Assembly: GCA_964645535.1 (NCBI GenBank) | Contig: CAZYCQ010000021.1 | Coordinates: 1 to 47,875, forward strand | Length of the DNA stretch: 47,875 nucleotides | Direction of reading: 5' to 3' | Origin: an uncultured archaeon | GTDB taxonomy: Archaea; Asgardarchaeota; Heimdallarchaeia; Heimdallarchaeales; Kariarchaeaceae | Shown here: in pieces, positions 1 through 8,439 of the stretch | Numbering within the stretch: position 1 is the first letter of the stretch | Layout: every line of letters starts with the position of its first letter | Notes under the pieces: model-generated | Seen by the model: only the letters and a program-made list of their open reading frames with translations | Told to the model about the DNA's origin: nothing | Databases searched by the model: none | Position numbers and translations under genes: made by a program

Positions 1-210
1 GCCACTGAAATGAAGATTGCTGACCAGTACCAAACATCCACCCAAAGAACCATAAAAAACCTCGATTTCTTCATTGTCTTGGAAGCAATCCCAAGAATCA
101 CAAAACTATCACAACGCCTCACCTCCGAATTTTCAGAGTACGACACCTATTCAATCGTTCTCCAATTCCTCAGACAGAGAGTTGAACAGATAACTGATAC
201 CCCCCTCTAG
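1..210 (+). CDS. 3' end of a hypothetical protein truncated by the window edge
   Basis: Frame is open from base 1 (GCC ACT GAA ATG...) to TAG at 208-210; composition like the neighbouring gene; no recognisable motif. Confidence 0.4.
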   Translation, partial: ATEMKIADQYQTSTQRTIKNLDFFIVLEAIPRITKLSQRLTSEFSEYDTYSIVLQFLRQRVEQITDTPL

Positions 211-421
211 AAACATCATCTCAGTCCTTTGTCTCCAAGAATTTTCCTATCACTGCCCCATCTTCTCGTCTGCCAATGCCAAAGAAATTACTGGCAAGTC
301 ATCTTCTGGTAAATTTTATTTGATACGGAAAAACGAGATAGAACAGTTTTGTTGAAAATTTTACGTACTCGCCATAACGATTATCTGCATTTTTAAATAT
401 GCGTTGGTTGATTTACTATAC

Positions 422-553
422 GTGCCTAAAAAAAACAAGAAAACCAGTGAAAAGGAAACAGCAACTAAAAAGAAAAAAAGCAACAAACCCATAGACCGCG
501 ACAAAGAAATCAACATAGATCATGTCGTGGGATCATGGGGCTTAAGATTTTAG
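422..553 (+). CDS. Small Lys-rich protein, 43 aa (MPKKNKKTSEKETATKKKKSNKPIDRDKEINIDHVVGSWGLRF); not in the ORF track
   Basis: GTG at 422 to TAG at 551-553, translated by hand; TATA-like TTTTAAATA at 391-399 is ~23 nt upstream, as expected for a leaderless archaeal mRNA; fills an otherwise empty gap. Confidence 0.4.
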   Translation: MPKKNKKTSEKETATKKKKSNKPIDRDKEINIDHVVGSWGLRF

Positions 554-682
554 GGAAGGGCTTGGGAAAAGACTAGAAAAAATTCAAATCCACATCTTGT
601 CCTCACACAGGGAGTTGGACAGATGAAAATCCAATACTCGTACGGAAAAAACTTATGAACTTCCTTGCCAAATATGTCATAA

Positions 683-1798
683 ATGCGTTCCATTTGCATT
701 CTCCTCTTGCTTTCCCTGATCATGTTGCCAGCAATTGCCGAACCGACAATCACCATCGCCTTCGAGAACCCCACAATAACTCCTACTGAACTCAAGGATA
801 AAATCCTCAATGATGCCCAGCTTACCTTCCAATATGAAATCTATAACGGACTGAACCAAACATTCACTGACCTGAACACAAACATAAGCTGTGACCTCAT
901 CACTTCTGTCGCAATCTTGGGCAATCATACATATTGCCATTCAAATATCATGATATCCCCGGGATTGAACACCATAATCTACCAAGACAATCTCTCATTC
1001 TCTGAAATCGCATCAGAAATTGCAATCACAATTTATTCAGATCTGCCTCAGGTTTCTACCATCGGAAACCTTCTTCCAACAACTCTCAACCTGTCTAAAA
1101 AAGGAAACACCTACCATACCGAATACTCCCCCCCAATCCCCAACAATTGGGCAACAAATGGATCAATCCAGATACGAATAAGATCAGTCGAGATTCTCCA
1201 AAATGTTCAAATCACTCCCTCCGGAAAACTGAGAATCGACATGAACTACAAAATATTCATGCCAGAACCCATGGAACAACCATATGTAGCAGGAACCTTC
1301 AAAATTTCAACTTCCGAAGAAAACGTCAGATTCATGCAGGAACCGGATTCATATACTTCACTCTCCCTCCCCTGCAACAAAAAAGGAACCGTTACCGTCC
1401 AGAAAACATTCCACACGACCTTCGAAAACCTCAATTGGACAAGCACACAAAATATCCTGCTAATTATTGAATTTGATGTCCAAGGTGCATCCCATCCTGT
1501 CAATGTCCTCCAATACTCCATGACATACTCTAGAGGTGAAAAAATCAAAGAATACCCTCCCAAAATTCCCGATGGACTGAAAACGCTGGAACCCCTCACA
1601 TGGAGCAGTACCGAATGCACCACAAAAGAAAATTATTCCTCCAATCCAAAGATCATCGTCTCAAATGCAGTCATCATCGCAATACTAACTACCCCCCTCG
1701 CTATCATCACCATCGAACAGATCAGCAAAAAAAGACAAAAAAGAATACCATTCTGCGAAGATTATCCTGATCCCGATGAATTCCAGAAATACAATTGA
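683..1798 (+). CDS. Secreted, C-terminally membrane-anchored hypothetical protein
   Basis: Signal peptide (MRSICILLLLSLIMLPAIA), beta-rich body with several N-x-S/T sequons, C-terminal hydrophobic helix followed by KKRQKR. Confidence 0.75.
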   Translation: MRSICILLLLSLIMLPAIAEPTITIAFENPTITPTELKDKILNDAQLTFQYEIYNGLNQTFTDLNTNISCDLITSVAILGNHTYCHSNIMISPGLNTIIYQDNLSFSEIASEIAITIYSDLPQVSTIGNLLPTTLNLSKKGNTYHTEYSPPIPNNWATNGSIQIRIRSVEILQNVQITPSGKLRIDMNYKIFMPEPMEQPYVAGTFKISTSEENVRFMQEPDSYTSLSLPCNKKGTVTVQKTFHTTFENLNWTSTQNILLIIEFDVQGASHPVNVLQYSMTYSRGEKIKEYPPKIPDGLKTLEPLTWSSTECTTKENYSSNPKIIVSNAVIIAILTTPLAIITIEQISKKRQKRIPFCEDYPDPDEFQKYN

Positions 1799-1944
1799 TA
1801 CTCATAGGGAACTTGCAATTCAACCACAATTATCTCGACAATCGCTGATTTTTCAAGCTGAACTTCCTCGCTCAGAGTATAAGAAGACTGTCTTCTGTCT
1901 AGTTGTTTCCATGAGAAAATTGAAACGATCATCAATACCTTGAA

Positions 1945-1970
1945 TATAAAAAAAGTGGGAAAAATGAAAA
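1945..1970 (-). terminator. Oligo(T) terminator downstream of tRNA-Tyr
   Basis: Minus strand reads TTTTCATTTTTCCCACTTTTTTT immediately after the discriminator base. Confidence 0.5.
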
Positions 1971-2106
1971 TCGGGACTCCGGGATTTGAACCCGGGGCCT
2001 GCCGGTTCCTGTTAAGCGCTGGCTATCTATCTTTTCATTGGGTTTTCCCTCGAGATGTGGTATAATACCTACAGCCGGCCGCTCTGCCAGTCTGAGCTAA
2101 GTCCCG
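1971..2106 (-). tRNA. trnY: tRNA-Tyr(GTA) with a 62-nt intron at 37/38 (exons 2106-2069 and 2006-1971)
   Basis: Acceptor CGGGACT/AGTCCCG + A73 (C1-G72, archaeal/eukaryotic Tyr identity), D stem GCTC/GAGC, anticodon stem GCCGG/CCGGC with CT-GTA-G, T arm CCGGG-TTCAAAT-CCCGG; BHB splice motif (CUGU/ACAG helix, bulges AG^G and GA^A); CCA not encoded. Confidence 0.97.
2007..2068 (-). ncRNA. tRNA-Tyr intron with K-turn and ACA box; candidate H/ACA-like guide for Psi35
   Basis: Intron GUAUUAUACCACAUCUCGAGGGAAAACCCAAUGAAAAGAUAGAUAGCCAGCGCUUAACAGGA; K-turn CGA-GGG/CCC-AAU-GA; segments complementary to both flanks of U35-A36; ACA 3 nt from the intron 3' end. Confidence 0.55.
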
Positions 2107-2349
2107 TTGTGGAACCGTAGTTCCTGATTGTATTTTGACTGATTGGCATTTAACTTATTTGATATTGTCGTTGTCAAGTGCTTTATTGTGATTATGATGT
2201 GTGTGTATTTTATTTTCCTTGTTTTAAGGATATTTGGTGGGTGTTTTTGTTTTTATATCATAAAAATATTTTCAATTTTTTGTGACTTGTTTGTTCATTT
2301 TAATTCATCTTGTAGTTGATTTACTTGTTCGATCATGGTGGAAAATATT

Positions 2350-2406
2350 TTTAAACAATGTTTAATTAATGGAGTTTACCAACACTGAGGTTTGAACAAT
2401 GTTTAA
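2350..2406. promoter_or_regulatory. Pair of palindromic operator-like sites TT(A/G)AACA-A-TGTTTAA
   Basis: TTTAAACAATGTTTAA at 2350-2365 and TTTGAACAATGTTTAA at 2391-2406; the first overlaps a TATA-like tract, the second the ATG at 2399. Confidence 0.4.
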
Positions 2407-3304
2407 ACGGACGATCATGATGGTTTTGTTGATCGGTTTGCTTGCCAATGCCCGCGTCGGATATGCCGAGGTTCCGCATAACCTTAATGTGGGTGACGAA
2501 TTCAGTTTCACCATTTCCGACTATGTCTTTTCGGATCAGGTGAATGGTACCGAATATATGACTGCTTCATCTCCTTTCAAATCTGGGGACACGGTAGAAG
2601 TTAGCATTACCAATATTGGTACGGCGTCTTCTTCTGATGATCTTTTTTTGGGAGATGAAGTGACATTTTTCAACATAACTGAGACGTTTCATGGTGATCA
2701 ACGTTATGACAGTTCTACTATTTTAGATGGTTGGTATCCTATAGTTGTTGGTTTTGCCTTTCTGTATCAGCTTTCTGGCTTTTTGTTGTTAGACTATCCC
2801 GAATCTGCATATTTTGGTGCTCCTTCTTCGACCGACACGGATCCAATTGAAGGTACTGGTTTTCCGTATTTTGCCACATCAAACGAGAGTTTTTATATTG
2901 AAATGGCGGATGAATTCAATTCCAGCATGTTTGATTTGGGTTCTGGTTTTGAGACCTCTACAGCAACTGGCAGTTCCGAATTTGATGATTCATCGAAGCA
3001 ATTCAACATGATGGTTGATGCGGTGGTAAGGGATACGAACCAAACTTCCGCCGGTGATCCTGTTTCATTGGAGATATTGTTCAAGCTTGATCTCAAGATT
3101 GATGTTCCAAGAAGCTTGGTCACTTCTTTTTCCATTGAGTACAAATTTTCGTTGAGTATCGGTTCTGCATCCAAGCTTACCCACTACAAGCTTGGTTTTG
3201 TGGAGGGTGGTGGTGCCGGTCTGGACTCGATACCGTACCCTGGTCTTCTTTTGATCTTGGGTTCAATCGTTACGGTTTCCGTGTTGTTGAGAAAGAGACG
3301 GTGA
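2399..3304 (+). CDS. Acidic cell-surface protein with C-terminal PxP-TM-basic anchor (paralog 1)
   Basis: Signal peptide, N-terminal HNLNVGD motif, tail SIPYPGLLLILGSIVTVSVLLRKRR; GAGG upstream; colinear paralog downstream. Confidence 0.85.
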   Translation: MFKRTIMMVLLIGLLANARVGYAEVPHNLNVGDEFSFTISDYVFSDQVNGTEYMTASSPFKSGDTVEVSITNIGTASSSDDLFLGDEVTFFNITETFHGDQRYDSSTILDGWYPIVVGFAFLYQLSGFLLLDYPESAYFGAPSSTDTDPIEGTGFPYFATSNESFYIEMADEFNSSMFDLGSGFETSTATGSSEFDDSSKQFNMMVDAVVRDTNQTSAGDPVSLEILFKLDLKIDVPRSLVTSFSIEYKFSLSIGSASKLTHYKLGFVEGGGAGLDSIPYPGLLLILGSIVTVSVLLRKRR

Positions 3305-3682
3305 TATCTGCCTTAAGCACTTATTCCGTTGTTTTGTTAAGAACGTGGATGCATTTTCGGAGGATTCTTTCATTAAGGGCGACCATGACATAGGGTTTAA
3401 GCATGAAAATATTTCCTTTTTTGATATCTCAGTGGGGTGTAGTTTCATATCGTTCCTGAGGGTAATCCCTTCATTGAATTTTTCGATGTTGGTATCCGTA
3501 TATGACCTGTTGTAATATTATCTTGTCATTATGTTGTGTCTTTTTTTGTGTTTTTCGGATTCTTGGTTTTGTTGTCTTTCTATAATAGTGGTCGGTTTTG
3601 TAAGTATGTTTCCGTCAAAAGTTGGAAAAATTTAAATTTATGGTGTCTAATTATGATTTACCTAATTTGTGAGGTGATCTTT

Positions 3683-4596
3683 ATGGTCAGGCGTCTTGTG
3701 AGTTTGTTTTTGCTGATAGGGGTTCTCAGCAATGCTTCGGTATCTTTGGCAGTTCCCCCTCATAATTTGAATGTGGGTGATACCTTTATTTTCACGATTA
3801 CTGACCTGCTTTTGTCAAACAAGGTCAATGGGACGGAATATTATGATGTGAACATGCCTATTCAGGAGGGTGACAAGGTTGAGGTTACTATTAACGGAAT
3901 TGAGAGCGGTACCGTCATTGTAGATCCCACTTCTCCACCGGTGTATGATTCGGTGGTTTTCAATGTAACTGAGAAGGTTGGGGATAAGGAATACCAAAGT
4001 TTGACGGTGCTTGATTCATGGCTCACTGATTGATTGGCACCTTTTTCTTTTTGTATATCATGTCGAATTTGATATGGCTGAATGACTATCCAGAATCAGG
4101 TTATTTCGGTGTTCCTTCGCAAACAAACATTGAATCTCCCTTCAAGGGTACTGGTCTTCCCTATTTTGCGACTTCGAACACGACTTATTATGAGGAGTTG
4201 GATAACGATTTCAATGAAACTCAGCATGCATTGGATCTTGGTTTTGAGGAATCTGTTCTCACTGGCTCCTCCAATTTTGATTCGAGGAGGAATGTTTTCA
4301 CCGAATCCTTGAAGTTGGAAATTTCAGACACCAATATGACCTCTTCTGGCGATCCGGTTTCTTTGGGTATTGTTTTGAACTTTGATGTGGAGGTTGATGT
4401 GTCAAGGAGTGTTGTGAGGAAGTTTTTTGTGGAATACCTACTCGATTTGGTCATTGGTTCTGCATCTTCGTTGACGCATTATCGGATCGGAATGGTGGAG
4501 GGTGATGGTAGTTCATCTTCAGTTCCTGGTCCTGGCGTATGGCTTGCCTTTGGGAGTCTATTTGTTGTAGCCATTGTTCATCGGAGGCGACAATAG
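3683..4596 (+). pseudogene. Tandem paralog 2 of the surface protein, split by a 1-nt deletion near 4028-4030 (pseudogene or assembly error)
   Basis: SD GAGGTG at 3671-3676, ATG 3683 (MVRRLVS...). ORFs 3536..4033 and 4030..4596 together align end to end with paralog 1 (HNLNVGD, VNGTEY, DYPES, GTGxPYFATSN, GDPVSL, LTHY, PGPG-TM-RRRQ); adding one base restores the frame. Confidence 0.8.
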
Positions 4597-4639
4597 GGTT
4601 GGTTCTAATTCTTTAATAATTTATCATTTATCAATATTC

Positions 4640-5344
4640 ATGGAAGACGATTATCTTTTAGGTGTTAATCGTAGGCAACGTCTAGTTTTGATATCGGGTG
4701 GTGCGGTTGTTGGAGCTTCACTTCTTCTTTTTGTGATGCCGGATTTTCTTGTGGTTTCGTGGTTGATATTGGTCATGATGTCAATTTTGGGTTGGATTTT
4801 GGTAATTGGCATGCTTCCAAAATTTATTCCGATTTTTCCCGATATTGACTGGTCGTCAAAGGGTTACACCTTCTATGGGGAGTATTCAGAACGGATTGGG
4901 ATATGGTTATTGAAGGCTATGAGTGTGGTTATACCATTGTTCTTCCTGATTCCAGCATCTATTTCAGTCATTGAGGGTTTTCCGGGTGCTGCAGTTCCTC
5001 TGTTTGTGTTGTCGATTATCTTTTTTGTTGTTTTCAGGAAGTTTTCTGAGGTTAGAATTGATGTTATGGAAGGTAAGATCCTGTTGAGGACAGGATTTTT
5101 CAGCGATGAGATTGAGGTTGGCAATATTGCAAGGATAACTGTTGTGGACATCCGTCCTGTATGGCAGTACGGAGGATATGGTCGGCGTTGGGGTGTGGAT
5201 GGCACGATTGGCTACATCACGGGCAACCGAGGAGTTCGGATTGATACAACTGATAAGAAGAGCTATGTGATCTCCCTTCCTGATCCTGAGGGATTTGTGG
5301 AGATGTTCAGGCGAGGCAAATCCAATCATCTTGTCGAGGAATGA
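4640..5344 (+). CDS. Integral membrane protein (about 4 TM) with C-terminal PH-like beta domain
   Basis: Four hydrophobic segments, then a soluble domain with YGGYGxR...G...GVRI...YVISxxDPE; ATG 4640 preferred over the overlapping start at 4574. Confidence 0.7.
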   Translation: MEDDYLLGVNRRQRLVLISGGAVVGASLLLFVMPDFLVVSWLILVMMSILGWILVIGMLPKFIPIFPDIDWSSKGYTFYGEYSERIGIWLLKAMSVVIPLFFLIPASISVIEGFPGAAVPLFVLSIIFFVVFRKFSEVRIDVMEGKILLRTGFFSDEIEVGNIARITVVDIRPVWQYGGYGRRWGVDGTIGYITGNRGVRIDTTDKKSYVISLPDPEGFVEMFRRGKSNHLVEE

Positions 5345-6521
5345 TGAATTCGCATCCATTTTCAGTTATGACAATCATTTCCTCGAGTGAGACCATGCCG
5401 AAGTCCTTTGTTTTCACATAAAGTTCGAGGGTGAATACATTTCCTTTTTTGAGTTCACCAAGTGGTGTTTGTCCGTACCGTTCCCACATGGGACCAAGGA
5501 TGGTTCCTCCATCATGAGCAAATTTTCCGACCTGATGGCCAAGTGCATGTTTGTATTCTTCATATCCGTTGGCAATCACAAAATCTCGTGCTATCTTGTC
5601 GATGTCAACTCCTCTCATTCCGGGGCGGATAGCCTTTGCGGCTTCAGTGATTGCTCCATGTACTGTCTTGAATGCATGTTCAAGTTGGTCTGGGATGTCC
5701 TTCCTTTTGCCGAAGAACCACATTCTTTGGATATCGGAGCAATAGCCTTGAAACTTGACGCCAAAATCATTGTGCAGAGTCTGTCCCAATCTTGTTTTGA
5801 GTTCGGTAGGTCCGACATGTCCCATTTCCTTTTCAGGTCCTGCGTCGACTGCTGGACATGCATCCCTTTGCCAAGCCTCAAGGACACCTCTTTTGTTCAT
5901 TTCCTGATGGAAGAGTTTTTGGATTTCGATTTCGGTCATGCCAGGTCTGAGCTGCTGGGTGATGGTATTGTTGATCTCTTCGGTTATTTGGCAGGCCTTT
6001 CTGATAAGATCGATTTCGGTGGGTGTCTTGACCGACCTGATTGTCTCGACGATATGCTGGGCGGATTTGAATTCTCTCTGTGGTAGTATTTCGGTAAGCT
6101 TGAGATACATTCCGTGGGAGAGTCCATCTGCGGCAACATCATCCACTGAGTAGTTGACGAACATATCCTTGGGGTCAAGAGTTTCGATTTTGTCTTTCAG
6201 TGGTTCTGAGATTCCGTGTACATAGCCAAAGATTTCGTCCCAGATACCTTTTCTCTCTTCTGCCTGCACATCGAAGTTGCCGACTATTGCAATCTTTTTC
6301 AGCTTTCCATTGGCCTTATGGAACAGGAATGCGGATTCCCAGACCACATCGCCTGCCACTACGAGTTCAAATGTGGGATCTGGAGCCATTGCAGTTTCCC
6401 TGACGAAGATGATCCAGCATTGTTCGTCTTCGAGTGTTTCTTCGATGAGACGATGTTTTTCCTTTGCGATCTGGATCTGCAATTCATAAGGGGTATCGAA
6501 GTTAAACTCCATGACTGTCAT
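5307..6521 (-). CDS. M24 family Xaa-Pro aminopeptidase/prolidase
   Basis: Metal ligands D(FG)..YCSD..HALGHQVG..HD..TLE..LEE; creatinase-like N-domain; RSVKTPTEI linker. Confidence 0.93.
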   Translation of the reverse strand: MTVMEFNFDTPYELQIQIAKEKHRLIEETLEDEQCWIIFVRETAMAPDPTFELVVAGDVVWESAFLFHKANGKLKKIAIVGNFDVQAEERKGIWDEIFGYVHGISEPLKDKIETLDPKDMFVNYSVDDVAADGLSHGMYLKLTEILPQREFKSAQHIVETIRSVKTPTEIDLIRKACQITEEINNTITQQLRPGMTEIEIQKLFHQEMNKRGVLEAWQRDACPAVDAGPEKEMGHVGPTELKTRLGQTLHNDFGVKFQGYCSDIQRMWFFGKRKDIPDQLEHAFKTVHGAITEAAKAIRPGMRGVDIDKIARDFVIANGYEEYKHALGHQVGKFAHDGGTILGPMWERYGQTPLGELKKGNVFTLELYVKTKDFGMVSLEEMIVITENGCEFIIPRQDDWICLA

Positions 6522-6627
6522 TGATGGGTTTGTTTTAAATGGGTGCTTTTATTGGTGCAGATGGTTCGCAAAATGGCATTCGGTTCCGGGAAAAGGACAA
6601 AAAGGTGGACTATTGGATTGACGTTAT

Positions 6628-8439
6628 ATGGCTTTGAGGACGGAAGGGTCATGGTTTGTTGACGATGAGGGAAACCGAATCCTGCTAAGAGGCGTGAATT
6701 TGGGTGGTTCAACGAAAGTTCCGATAGGGGGTGAAACGCATCTTCCTGCAAATTTTGGTTCGGATGTAAGTTTTGTGGGTCGTCCATTTCCACTGCGGGA
6801 GGCCGATGAGCATTTCAGTAGGTTAAGAAATTGGGGTTTCAACTGTCTTCGTCTGTTGACCACATGGGAGGCGATTGAACATGATGGTCCAGAGAAGTAT
6901 GATGGTGCATATCTGAATTATTTTGAAAAATTGGTGGAGATTGCGGGGGACTATGGTTTCTGGATTTTTGTGGATCCTCATCAGGACGTGTGGTCCCGTG
7001 CGACCGGTGGAGATGGAGCCCCGCATTGGTTGTTCGAAAAGGTTGGCATGGATTACCGGACTTTTGACAGGGCGGAAGCGGCATTGACGATGCAGGCAAA
7101 CTATCCGGACAATTATCCACCGATGAGCTGGACATCAAACTACAACCGTTTTGCGACAGCAACCATGTTTACGTTGTTCTTCGCAGGGAAAAGATTTGCA
7201 CCGTCGTTGCATATCGAGGGTCTAAATGTTGAAGAGTATTTGCAGGAGCATTATACTGCATCCATAAGTGCTTTGGCGGAACGGTTGGTGGATTTTGAAC
7301 ATGTTATCGGTTTTGATTCGATGAATGAGCCCCATAACGGATACATTGGTTATCCTGACATCCGTTCACTTCCTGAAATTCCAATTCCGGGGAAGGTTTA
7401 TTCTCCATTCGATGCCATGCAGGCAGCTGCGGGTATTCCTTTGATGGTTAAAGAGTACGGCATTAAGTGGTTCAATCTCCGTCCCTTACGAAACGTTCCA
7501 TTAAATGCTGAAGGCATATCTGTCTGGTTGGATGATGATCTTGACATTTGGAGGAATGAAGGTGTTTGGAAACGGACGGAGAAAGGTGGTGAGGTGCTTA
7601 AGCCCCATCACTTTTCGGTTAAGGCCTTTTCATTTTTCAGGGATTTTATCCGTCCGTTTGCTGCAAGGTACATTCAACGACTTCGACAGCTCAATCCGAA
7701 TTGGCTTCTGTTCATTGAGGGCAATCCTGTTGAAGGTCGGGTTTGGTGGGGTGCTGAAGATCCCAGAGGTGTTGTCAATGCTTCTCATTGGTATGATACG
7801 CTGACGCTATTCACGAGGAATTTCCAGACATGGTTCAATGTGGATTTGGAGAGCCGGCGTCCGGTATTCTTCCGGAAGAACATCCGTAAGCTGTTTTTGC
7901 GGCAATTGTCATCTCATCTCGAGGATTCACTCAAGATTCACGCAGGGATTCCGACATTGATTGGTGAATTCGGTGTTCCCTTCAATTTGAACAAGGGTAG
8001 ATCCTTCAGGACAGGTGATTTTTCCAAACAGGAGACTGCATTGACACTTTATTATGAATTGATGGATGAACTGATGCTTCACAGCACCTTGTGGAACTAT
8101 ACACCTGACAACACCAACAGATGGGGCGACAATTGGAACCTTGAAGACCTTTCCATCTTCAGCCGCGACCAAGAAGATTTGGATAAGGGGGCACGTGCCC
8201 TCAAAGGTTTTTGCCGTCCTTATCCGATGCGGTTCAAGGGTCATCTGCACTGGTTCCAGTTTCAGAAAGGTACATTCATCTTGGACATTGATTTCGGTGA
8301 GGATGGATTTGTTGAAATCTATGTTCCCAGTTATTTGGAGAATCTGTCCATTGATTGTGGAGATTGCAGTTCTACAAAGGAAGAGGGTGTGATTAGAATC
8401 AGTGGGTTGGGGAGAAGGAGGATTGTTCTGAAAGGTTGA
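6628..8439 (+). CDS. GH5 endoglycoceramidase-related glycoside hydrolase (EGCrP/steryl-glucosidase-like)
   Basis: LRGVNLGG, SFVGRPFPL, WEAIEH, DPHQDVWSR, GGDGAP, acid/base NEP, nucleophile IGEFG, WNYTPDN, WNLEDLS; no signal peptide. Confidence 0.9.
   Translation: MALRTEGSWFVDDEGNRILLRGVNLGGSTKVPIGGETHLPANFGSDVSFVGRPFPLREADEHFSRLRNWGFNCLRLLTTWEAIEHDGPEKYDGAYLNYFEKLVEIAGDYGFWIFVDPHQDVWSRATGGDGAPHWLFEKVGMDYRTFDRAEAALTMQANYPDNYPPMSWTSNYNRFATATMFTLFFAGKRFAPSLHIEGLNVEEYLQEHYTASISALAERLVDFEHVIGFDSMNEPHNGYIGYPDIRSLPEIPIPGKVYSPFDAMQAAAGIPLMVKEYGIKWFNLRPLRNVPLNAEGISVWLDDDLDIWRNEGVWKRTEKGGEVLKPHHFSVKAFSFFRDFIRPFAARYIQRLRQLNPNWLLFIEGNPVEGRVWWGAEDPRGVVNASHWYDTLTLFTRNFQTWFNVDLESRRPVFFRKNIRKLFLRQLSSHLEDSLKIHAGIPTLIGEFGVPFNLNKGRSFRTGDFSKQETALTLYYELMDELMLHSTLWNYTPDNTNRWGDNWNLEDLSIFSRDQEDLDKGARALKGFCRPYPMRFKGHLHWFQFQKGTFILDIDFGEDGFVEIYVPSYLENLSIDCGDCSSTKEEGVIRISGLGRRRIVLKG

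Noticed and set aside
2007-2068. tRNA-Tyr intron as a box C/D methylation guide
   Set aside because: Only one degenerate C-like/D-like pair (AUGAAAA/UCGA) forming an internal K-turn; no terminal C and D boxes. The H/ACA geometry fits better.
4028-4036. TGA at 4031-4033 as Sec/readthrough codon, or TGAT-TGAT as a 4-bp duplication footprint
   Set aside because: The continuation is in another frame, so readthrough cannot join the halves; removing 4 nt does not restore the frame whereas adding 1 nt does; no slippery heptamer at the junction.
5469-6086. 205-aa + strand ORF and the many other 60-165 aa overlapping ORFs in the track
   Set aside because: Antisense or alternate-frame shadows of genes with clear family motifs; no motifs of their own.
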